Assembly (NCBI GenBank): GCA_965243495.1
Contig: CBDEUZ010000007.1
Coordinates: 1,612,585 to 1,676,584, forward strand
Reading direction: 5' to 3'
Source of the DNA: Dehalococcoidia bacterium
Lineage (GTDB): Bacteria > Chloroflexota > Dehalococcoidia > UBA6926
Length of the DNA: 64,000 bases
In this document: positions 56,072-64,000 of the stretch, in pieces
Layout of the letters: every line of letters starts with the position of its first letter
Position numbering within the stretch: position 1 is the stretch's first letter
Notes under the pieces: model-generated
What the model was told of the DNA's origin: nothing
What the model saw: the letters and a program-made list of their open reading frames with translations, nothing else
Database searches by the model: none
Translations under genes and position numbers: made by a program

Positions 56072-58827
56072 GTAGTTGTCTCACCCTTTTCGTCCAGCTT
56101 ATTGCTGCTGTTGTCGAAATCTGCTTGCTGAATCTCGTCATCCATTACATCATCTTCGATGATTGCTTCGGCTACTCCGTACTCAGACCGTAAAACGGCT
56201 TCATCTGCCGGGAGTATTGGGAGGCGAATAAGATTGGCCCGCGCGACGTAGCCCCGAATGTTGTTAGATGCCCACACCTGCACTGTGGCACTGCCCTCCG
56301 ACAGAATCTCCACACTTTGACCGGCATCAATGATTGCTCGCATGTTAGAGCCGCTGAGTGCGTCGGCCTGATTCCGGTGGAGAGGGGCCTGGTTGGCAAC
56401 AAGTGCAACAGGGAGTGAAAGGAAATCGCGCTCACCGGACAAGTGCCCCATAAGTGCATTTGCCAGTCGTTCGCGCTTCTCGGAAGCATTGCGAGTCCTG
56501 CGGCCCCCTACGAACGGAACCCCAAAGAGTCGCGATGGTGTTTCCGTTTCATTGACAAGATGGAAGGCCATCCCGACGGCATGATTGATGCGCGCTCCCC
56601 TTCTCTCATACGCCGCAACGATCGCGGCGGCTGTCGCGTCGGGATTGTCTCCTTGTTCGATGAACGCCTGAATGGACCTATCAAGATGCTGATCATTTGG
56701 CGTGGCGAAGAGTTTATCGTTGGGATTCGCCAATACCTCGTCTGTAATGCGGAGTGATTCCTGCAAGGCTTCCTCCCGCCGGCGTCGCGCAGCCCTGCTG
56801 CCGCGACGCCGTGGCGACATATTGAGGCCTTGGCGAAGCGGTGCGATCGCGGCCTGCACGGAGTCGCCCGATACGCCCTGCCGGCATAGCAGGCCCATTA
56901 TGTACGGCCAAATGCGGCTCCAGTCAGCGTTGTCCACGTATTGTCGTTGGAACGTGGATGCAGACAAAGCCCGAGAATCCGGGCGTGCCTCAAGGGTCTG
57001 CACATGCCTGGCCCAAACAACAGAGGGGATCGATCCTGTTTCGACGGTTGTGATTTCCGTTTGCAGGCGATTTCGTAGGCGCAGGGCGCCGGCTGCGGCG
57101 GCTGCGAGAATGGCGAGCCATTCATAGGCGGCGGCAAGAGCAAGCGTGTCATATATGAGAGGACGCAGTAGCAAGATGTAAAGCGCGATAGACGCCCCGG
57201 GTATAAACGCTCTGATGCGTGACGCCGCCAACCATTTGATAGCGTCGGCAAAGACGGAGTTGGAGTTCTCGGCAAGCTGGGAGGCCATCTGCGTGGCTGC
57301 AAGTGTAAGGAAACCTGTTCCGACGACAGTTCCTGCAATTGTGTAGCCGTAACCGAGATCATTGAGGCCCAGCCCAAGCAGCCATGACAGGCAGCCGGCT
57401 ATGCCAAACCCGAACGCGATGGCCATTGGGCTAGCCTTGAAACGTGCAACAGAGAATGCTGATTCCGGGAGATTCCACGCGAGAACCACAACGAAGAACA
57501 GGACGGCGATCAAGTGTCGTATCGAGTGAATTCCCGCAAAGTACGGCTGATAGAGTCGGCCGATTTCCTCCGTCTCGACATAGTCCAGAAACAGCGCATT
57601 CACGACGGGCAAGTCAGAAAGCAGAGCAAAGAGAGGCAGGCTCAAACCGACTGCGACCATGACGGCGGCGCCCCACGATGCAAAGGTTGAAACTATCTCA
57701 CTTATGCGCCTTGTCGTGTCAATGACGGCGATTCTCTTCAACATACGCGCCATGTACAGCAGAAGAAGCGCCCAGATGACACTGGCCATCAGGCCTGCAG
57801 CCGGGTACTCGTAGTTGCCGGCAAGGAATCCCTGTTCGGAGAATATTGCCAGGGCAAGAACAAGGATTGCCAGGTACACGACCGGCGATGGGAAAATGTC
57901 GCCTATCTCTGGCCGGAGGGTTGCGGCCAATCGTACGGCAACAATGGGGCCAAAGAGCACAAGCGCCCAGCTGTTGACCGCATGCATGATGTCGGTGAGC
58001 GGCACCGATTCAAGAAAATCCGCGTAACGGACAGTGTCCACTGCATCAAGCGTGATCGACGCAAGGATGACAGCAGGGAAGAGAACGAGGGCAGGCGGAT
58101 GCCCGCTCGTCAGAGCGACTCCAAGACGTGAAGCCCATTGCATATGCCTCGATTGCGCCGTGGATGCGAAGTGTCGAAACGGGCGGGCAAGATACCCGGG
58201 CACAATCATCGCCATGACAATCGGAAGGAGGAACCAGGCCGGGATTCCCAGGAATGAATCGAATATCCCGTCTGTGGCCAGCAGAATATGTGCTATGCCA
58301 AGCGCAAGAAGTCGCGCCGAGGGATAGGGCATCGTCTCGTTGAGGATGGGCTTGGCAATCTTTGCGGCCTCTACGATGGAGAGCGCCGCCAGCGCGCCAA
58401 ATGACCACCAGGCCAGCGAGTCGAACACGCGGAAGAAGAGCGCGATGTCTTCGCCGGATAACGGCCCCCATTGCAGTGACACTGAATCGGACATGCTTGT
58501 GATTCCGGCAAAAACAGTCGAAGAGAGCAGGGCCACGGAGACTCCACGAAGGAAGACCCCTCCCATTACAGGGCCATGCCGGAGGATGGTCCCGACAATT
58601 GGCCTGGTGTCCCGGTCTGCCACCGCGCCATGCGGCTGTATACGAAAGGCGAAACGCTCACCAAGAATTGGCACGATGTGTGACAGGGCGAGGCTTATGG
58701 CAGCGGCCCCAAGCCATAGGATGAAAGAACTTATATCCCGACCGGCCAGCAGGAGCAGCAGAGTGGCCAGCCCAAAAAGGACCAGGAGCGCTAAGGGTAG
58801 GGAAATGCGTAATCCGGAGGTGGACAC
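56068..58827 (-). CDS. Large polytopic membrane protein with soluble C-terminus (possible SH3-like domain)
   Basis: 919 aa; about 580 aa of hydrophobic helices, then a helical region and IIDAGQSVEILSE..VQVW..RGYVARANL; overlaps moxR. Confidence 0.7.
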   Translation of the reverse strand: MSTSGLRISLPLALLVLFGLATLLLLLAGRDISSFILWLGAAAISLALSHIVPILGERFAFRIQPHGAVADRDTRPIVGTILRHGPVMGGVFLRGVSVALLSSTVFAGITSMSDSVSLQWGPLSGEDIALFFRVFDSLAWWSFGALAALSIVEAAKIAKPILNETMPYPSARLLALGIAHILLATDGIFDSFLGIPAWFLLPIVMAMIVPGYLARPFRHFASTAQSRHMQWASRLGVALTSGHPPALVLFPAVILASITLDAVDTVRYADFLESVPLTDIMHAVNSWALVLFGPIVAVRLAATLRPEIGDIFPSPVVYLAILVLALAIFSEQGFLAGNYEYPAAGLMASVIWALLLLYMARMLKRIAVIDTTRRISEIVSTFASWGAAVMVAVGLSLPLFALLSDLPVVNALFLDYVETEEIGRLYQPYFAGIHSIRHLIAVLFFVVVLAWNLPESAFSVARFKASPMAIAFGFGIAGCLSWLLGLGLNDLGYGYTIAGTVVGTGFLTLAATQMASQLAENSNSVFADAIKWLAASRIRAFIPGASIALYILLLRPLIYDTLALAAAYEWLAILAAAAAGALRLRNRLQTEITTVETGSIPSVVWARHVQTLEARPDSRALSASTFQRQYVDNADWSRIWPYIMGLLCRQGVSGDSVQAAIAPLRQGLNMSPRRRGSRAARRRREEALQESLRITDEVLANPNDKLFATPNDQHLDRSIQAFIEQGDNPDATAAAIVAAYERRGARINHAVGMAFHLVNETETPSRLFGVPFVGGRRTRNASEKRERLANALMGHLSGERDFLSLPVALVANQAPLHRNQADALSGSNMRAIIDAGQSVEILSEGSATVQVWASNNIRGYVARANLIRLPILPADEAVLRSEYGVAEAIIEDDVMDDEIQQADFDNSSNKLDEKGETTT

Positions 58828-58830
58828 GTC

Positions 58831-61800
58831 CTAGTCTCCGACCACTATCCGCCACGCCTTGTACATGGCCTCATAATGCCGGCGCAGGATTTCGTGCTCG
58901 CTGTAGTCTGCCTCCTCGAAGCGTGTTATCACTTCATCCAGAGCGCGTTGATTAACGGGGATTCCCGCTGTAACGAGGATGTCTTCAATTTCCCGCGGCG
59001 ATTGCCCGGAAATGTCCGGTTCCAGGTGTGACGCCCAATCAACGAATTCGCCGAAGAGTCGAACCATTTCCTCGCGAAAATCAACAATGCGGAATGACGC
59101 GTACGCCTCTGACCACAAATAGTCAGGAGTTCCCATGAAACTCGCAAAAAGGGCGAACTCGCCGAATTCGTCCACCATAAGAAGGTGATGGAATTCACCA
59201 TTGTCGTCTGTCACCAATTCAATAGGTTCGCGATCGGCGACGGTGAGTTTGATCGTCATGCCCGTTAGCGGGGCATCACCATTGCCATAGAGACGGCCGA
59301 TGATAACAATCTCCTCTGAGATACCGTAAACGCCGGGAGTCTCAGCAGCAGAGCCACCAAGTTCAATCGTCATGCGTGTTTCAACAGGCTCCCGCGGTTG
59401 ATCCGCGTCATCACTGTCACGTTCGCTCAGGACAGGAGCCGGGACGGTCACGACTTGCGTGCCCCACGAGGGCAGAGGGCGACGTGGATCCAGCACAGTG
59501 ATGGGGACACCCGCCAGACGCAGTCGATACGCGCTGAAGCCCAAACCGGCCAGGGCAAGCAGCAGGAGAGGGAAACCGACAAAGAGCAGCCAATTGAAGG
59601 AGCTCGGAGTGACAGGCAAGGCAAGGAAATAGTTGAGGGGCATGTTGGCGTCGCTGCCGGAGTACGTAAATGTGATTGGCAGTGAGCGCAGATTCTCAGA
59701 ATCCGGAACAGCAACTTCAAACAAGGCAATGCCGAACTCATCAGTCGTGAGGCTTAGGCCGGTGCTTGTACGGAGTGGGGCATTTGGTATTCCTGCGCCG
59801 GAATCGTCGTATAGAGCCGCCTGAACCTTTGCCACGCGCCCGGGCCGAATGTCGTCCAACGGTGTTGCTACAACGTGAGTGGACGAGCGGATATCAAGTG
59901 TGATTGGGATGTTTACGCCCAGCCCATCGAGAGACGCGATTAAGGTGTGAGACCCAAGTGGGGAATCCGGCGGCACGGGGTAACTAATCAGGAATTCACC
60001 CGTCGGGCCGGTTGTGTCCTGCAGGGCAGAGGTCAGTGAGACGGGGGCGTTCGGCATTGGCCGGGTTCCCGCGAAGGCTGCCCCGCGAATCTCAGCAACA
60101 TCTCCACGGGCGACCGGAGCGAGACGCTCCACCGTAAGGCGCGGTATACCGACAACGATATAATGGCTGCCCTCGGCGGACGCAAGGTGTTCAGAGCCGG
60201 CAAATCCGTACGGGACTCCCAGCAGTTCTTCCACTGCGCTTCCTTCAAGTGAGGACGGGAGTGCAATAGCGTAACTGAACGCGCCGTCGTCGCCCGTGAG
60301 AGCTGCCTCCGAGCCGATCTGAACCGGCGCTTCGGTGATGGGCTGCCCATCACTACGTCGCAATGAACCGGTCATCACGATCTCTTCGCCGACAATGGCG
60401 ATGACCGGGCCATCGACCTCAAGAATCGTTCCATGTAGGACTGAGTAGGTCGCGCTCGCCGCGCTTGAGGTGAGGGAGTGTTGCTCGGCAAGCCTCGCAG
60501 TCAAAGTGCGCGGGCCCGTTTCTGTGATGGGCGGAGATTCGTATGAGAATGTCCCGTCCGGCCCGGTCGCTATTGTGAGGATGCCAGTGCCTTCGCCATC
60601 CAGGATTTCGATGTCAAGCGGTTCCAGTACTTCGAGGGTTGGTGAGTGGACCTGGCCGAAGAAAGTCGCCGTCTCTCCGGTCAAGACTTCAATTGGTCCC
60701 GCAAACGTGAGAACACTTTCATTGAGGACTCCTATGGTGGCAGCGGCGCGCGAACCTAACAATGGTCGATTCTCGGTAAAGGCAGCCTCTATGGTGGACT
60801 CCCCGGATGCCTCAAACGTGTACTCCGCCTGGAAGCGCCCGTCGGCTCCGGCAGTTGTCCAAATAGGTTCGCCTCCATCGATGGAAATGGCGACGTGACG
60901 ACCTCCCAGAGGCTGGTTTCGGGAGTCCAGGAGCATCCCGCCGATATTGAACGTTGAGCCCACCAGCACGCGCGGCTCCACGTCAAGAGACAGTACGGTG
61001 GGCATAACGACTTCCAGGTTGATTCGCGCAGAGTTGGCCTTGAGGAAATCAGTGTCGTTGAACCTGACCTCCGCCCAGTGATTACCGGTTTGAAGGAACG
61101 TGTTGGAGAAACTGAAATTGCCGTCATCTCCGGTGGTGCGTTGAGAGAGCGAGCGGCCATCAATAATGATGGACACCGGTATGCCGGGTACGCCCCTCCC
61201 GCTATCCTCCGTCACCCGTCCACGGAAAACGGCCTCCGTGCCGACGTTTACCTCCTGGGGACCGGAGAACACCAGGCCGCTCTGCGAAATAACGGCAATA
61301 TCCGGATCACTCCACGATTCGTAGTAGTTCTCATTCTCGATTGCGTGTGCGATGAGCTGGTAATTGCCGCGCTCCAGGGACGGCGGAATCTCAACTTCAA
61401 TGGTGTAACGACCGTTCTTGACCGTTCCTGAACCGACTTTGAGTCCGCCGAAAGCCTTGACCTCATTGATGAAGATTTCGACTTCCATGTCGCTGACGAA
61501 TCGCCCACGGTCGGTTCGCACGGTGCCACCGACGATGAATGGTCTGCCACGCTCGATTTCTCGCGGCCACGATGTGATGTTCGTGACGGTGCCGGAAACT
61601 GTCGGACCGGTCTCGATGACTATCTCGAACGCCCTCTCAGGTGGCCCATCAGATTGGACTCGCGTTGGCGCTCCACCTGACGCAGTCGCCTCAAATGTGA
61701 TCCAGCCGATGCCTTCAAAGGCGACTTCAGCCCATTGGTGACCTTGATCTGAGTAGACCGTCTGTGTATTGGGGGTAGCCGTAATCATCCAGCCGGACAC

Positions 61801-64000
61801 GACTCGTGCCGCCAGACCCGCCGATCGTGCCAGGACGGTAAACGCGCTGCTGAACTGACCGCACGTCCCTTCCCTGGTCTCAAAGAGGAACCACTCGACC
61901 GCGTCAAACCCTGCTGGGCGCCGAGGTTTGGTTGAGTCTTTGCCCAGCACGTATTTGTAGTTGTTCTTGAGGTACCTCTCAATGGCGCGGGCCTTGGCAT
62001 ATGGCGTCCGATGGCCTGACGTGATGCGCTCGGCGAGGGCATGTATGCGTGGATCGAGGTCATCCGGCAACTGGGTGTATGTTGGGTCTCCGACAGAGCG
62101 CGCTCTGTTGAGGTCTCTTTCACTCGGGCGCGGGAGTATTGACCACCACTCGTAGCCCAGCACCGGCTCATCCATCTCAAAGGTGCCGCTGAAGGGCCGG
62201 TATGAACCGTCAAGTCTTATGTGGTTGAGGTGTCGTGAAACCGGCACCACTCCTGCGGGGATTCTTCCGGAACCGTCAATAGGCGCAACACGTAGCCTGA
62301 TGCTTGTGTCGTTGTCAAAGTCTCTTTCGTCAGGAGCCAGGAGAATCGGTTCTATTCGAGACTCTGGAAGATTGCTCCACGGTTCTCGGCCGTCCTCGAA
62401 CGAATCGCGAACCAGATCGGGAACGGATTCAGATCTGCTATAGGAAAGTGTCACCGGGTCCAGTTGACGCCATCCACCGCCGGTATAAATGTCGCCGGTT
62501 GCCGTTGGCAGATATCCGGTTTCCTGTGCTCCTGTGACCGTGAAGACTGGAAACTGCAATAAGCCATCGGATTGATCCGCCGTCGTGCCTGGAGGCGTGG
62601 CCAGAGTAAAACCGCCAAGTCCTACCACCCGGCTCCCATTCTCCAGGGTCTGGACGCTCGCACCTTGCTCCTCAAGAGCGCGCTGGGCGTCCTGTGCTTT
62701 CTCGGGATCATCGCTGGACAGTTGTTCCGCCAAACGCTGAAGTTCCGCCTGTTCGGAGCGCGGAGACGATTCCCCTGATGCAAGGTATTGGGATGCTCGG
62801 TCTGGCGGGCCTTGTCCTGATGCGGTTGGCTCAAAGGGAATCCATCCCAGTCCATCGAACGCGATCTCAGCCCTCTGATGGGCCTGATCGGCAAAAACGA
62901 TCTGTTCATCTGTGGTTGTGTTGATCGCGAAGCCGGAAACCACGCGAGCAGGGAGGCCGATTGACTGTGCGAGCACCACAAAGGCGCTACTGAATTGTCC
63001 GCACGTTCCCTCACGACTCTCAAACAGGAACCAGTCAACAGGATCGTGTCCCCTTGGAATGGGAACGGTATCCTCGTCTGCAAGCCGATACGTATAGGTG
63101 GTCGCCAGGTATCGCTCAATCGCCTTGGCTTTGGCGTATGCCGACGTGTGGCCTGCGGCAATACGTGCAGCCAAATCGCGAACACGGTTCGGGACGGAAT
63201 CCGGCAGAACGATGCTCAAGCCTTGCTCCGGAACGGCAGGTTGAAGAACCGAGTCTTCATAGACCGCCGGTGTCACATTTACTGTGGCATAACTTCGCCT
63301 TTCCCTCGGAAGGAAGGTCGAGCTGCCGGGTCGATATATCCCGTCCAAGTTTGCAGTACGCGGGATATACCCAATTGGGAGAATACCGCCGGGAAGGTAG
63401 ACCTCACCGGCTACTGCCTGGTAATACACGGTGTATCCCCGCATGGATGAGATCCGGGTGAGGGGGCTGCCGGACGCGTCGATCTGCTCAATGGGTGCAA
63501 GGGTCGCATAGCGTAACGCCTTAGTGTTGGCATCTAACCAGCCGTCGCCGGTGTAAACGTCGCCGACGGCGGTGCGAAGGAAATCCAGGCTGGCCTGGTT
63601 CTTGAATCTGAACACGGGTACGTGGGGAAGGCCGGATGATTGCCTGGTTGTTGTACCCGGAATCATGTAGTCTCCGCCACCATGAGATAAGAGGGCATTC
63701 CCGTTCTCCAGCGTCTGCACATTGCCGAATTGGCTCAGCGCCAAAAGCGTCGCCTCGCGAACAATCTCTTCCGGGTCGCTGAGGGCCAGGATGAGTTCCG
63801 GTATCGCTGTTGGGTTTCTCCCTTCACCGAGCAGTCTTGCGGCGACTGCGCGGTCGTCAGCCTCCGGCGCGTTGTGCAGCGCGTCAATCAACTCGTTGAC
63901 CCTGTAACTTCGCAGGGCCGTGCCAGCCTCCCTTCGCACATTCGCCGATAAGTCATCCAGCCGTGCAGCGTCGAGTTCGGCCAAAGCGTTGGAGCCGCGT
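58831..64000 (-). CDS. Giant HEAT-repeat / tandem transglutaminase-like / Ig-repeat membrane protein with DUF4129-like C-terminus, 5'-partial
   Basis: Frame is open to the window end. HEAT repeat (AIPELILALSDPEEIVREA); two TGase cores (EGTCGQFSSAF..ARVVSG..HQ.AE..GW..FE); Ig-like repeats (T..DG.F); one TM helix; C-terminal SPREI..FEEADYS. Confidence 0.85.
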   Translation of the reverse strand, partial: RGSNALAELDAARLDDLSANVRREAGTALRSYRVNELIDALHNAPEADDRAVAARLLGEGRNPTAIPELILALSDPEEIVREATLLALSQFGNVQTLENGNALLSHGGGDYMIPGTTTRQSSGLPHVPVFRFKNQASLDFLRTAVGDVYTGDGWLDANTKALRYATLAPIEQIDASGSPLTRISSMRGYTVYYQAVAGEVYLPGGILPIGYIPRTANLDGIYRPGSSTFLPRERRSYATVNVTPAVYEDSVLQPAVPEQGLSIVLPDSVPNRVRDLAARIAAGHTSAYAKAKAIERYLATTYTYRLADEDTVPIPRGHDPVDWFLFESREGTCGQFSSAFVVLAQSIGLPARVVSGFAINTTTDEQIVFADQAHQRAEIAFDGLGWIPFEPTASGQGPPDRASQYLASGESSPRSEQAELQRLAEQLSSDDPEKAQDAQRALEEQGASVQTLENGSRVVGLGGFTLATPPGTTADQSDGLLQFPVFTVTGAQETGYLPTATGDIYTGGGWRQLDPVTLSYSRSESVPDLVRDSFEDGREPWSNLPESRIEPILLAPDERDFDNDTSIRLRVAPIDGSGRIPAGVVPVSRHLNHIRLDGSYRPFSGTFEMDEPVLGYEWWSILPRPSERDLNRARSVGDPTYTQLPDDLDPRIHALAERITSGHRTPYAKARAIERYLKNNYKYVLGKDSTKPRRPAGFDAVEWFLFETREGTCGQFSSAFTVLARSAGLAARVVSGWMITATPNTQTVYSDQGHQWAEVAFEGIGWITFEATASGGAPTRVQSDGPPERAFEIVIETGPTVSGTVTNITSWPREIERGRPFIVGGTVRTDRGRFVSDMEVEIFINEVKAFGGLKVGSGTVKNGRYTIEVEIPPSLERGNYQLIAHAIENENYYESWSDPDIAVISQSGLVFSGPQEVNVGTEAVFRGRVTEDSGRGVPGIPVSIIIDGRSLSQRTTGDDGNFSFSNTFLQTGNHWAEVRFNDTDFLKANSARINLEVVMPTVLSLDVEPRVLVGSTFNIGGMLLDSRNQPLGGRHVAISIDGGEPIWTTAGADGRFQAEYTFEASGESTIEAAFTENRPLLGSRAAATIGVLNESVLTFAGPIEVLTGETATFFGQVHSPTLEVLEPLDIEILDGEGTGILTIATGPDGTFSYESPPITETGPRTLTARLAEQHSLTSSAASATYSVLHGTILEVDGPVIAIVGEEIVMTGSLRRSDGQPITEAPVQIGSEAALTGDDGAFSYAIALPSSLEGSAVEELLGVPYGFAGSEHLASAEGSHYIVVGIPRLTVERLAPVARGDVAEIRGAAFAGTRPMPNAPVSLTSALQDTTGPTGEFLISYPVPPDSPLGSHTLIASLDGLGVNIPITLDIRSSTHVVATPLDDIRPGRVAKVQAALYDDSGAGIPNAPLRTSTGLSLTTDEFGIALFEVAVPDSENLRSLPITFTYSGSDANMPLNYFLALPVTPSSFNWLLFVGFPLLLLALAGLGFSAYRLRLAGVPITVLDPRRPLPSWGTQVVTVPAPVLSERDSDDADQPREPVETRMTIELGGSAAETPGVYGISEEIVIIGRLYGNGDAPLTGMTIKLTVADREPIELVTDDNGEFHHLLMVDEFGEFALFASFMGTPDYLWSEAYASFRIVDFREEMVRLFGEFVDWASHLEPDISGQSPREIEDILVTAGIPVNQRALDEVITRFEEADYSEHEILRRHYEAMYKAWRIVVGD

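Overview
A 64 kb chromosomal window of roughly 60% GC (by eye). Gene content points to Chloroflexota, probably Dehalococcoidia/SAR202-like: a DUF2298/TIGR03663 glycosylation block, a fused CaiB CoA-transferase plus crotonase, AddAB, and the rplU-rpmA-rpmE-DUF1385 operon. A SupA-type PKS cluster suggests a sponge symbiont (inference). Contents in order: an archaeal-like membrane glycosylation cluster; RidA, MidA and 2-oxoacid:ferredoxin oxidoreductase; MBL hydrolase and a hypothetical; a Rieske-like protein lacking its ligands; tRNA-Ser(GCT) and miaB; a membrane-anchored protein behind a perfect 28 bp palindrome; a sulfite-oxidase-family Mo enzyme with an internal Tat motif; the ribosomal operon; a metallophosphoesterase and a catalytically degenerate large serine recombinase; an RlmD-Maf fusion; crotonase and tandem CoA-transferase; AddAB; the sup-like cluster (PKS, ACP, PPTase, hydrolase) with divergent SulP; MetE-II-like, DtxR and PqqL; and a coupled five-gene operon with a giant HEAT/tandem-transglutaminase/Ig protein, a 919 aa membrane protein, MoxR, DUF58 and a membrane protein. 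No CRISPR array, IS, prophage or rRNA was seen. The best leads are the RlmD-Maf fusion, the tandem-transglutaminase MoxR operon, the apparently domesticated recombinase, an ATC start codon for rplU, the pseudo-Rieske, and unusual PKS features. All calls come from motif recognition by eye; no searches were run.
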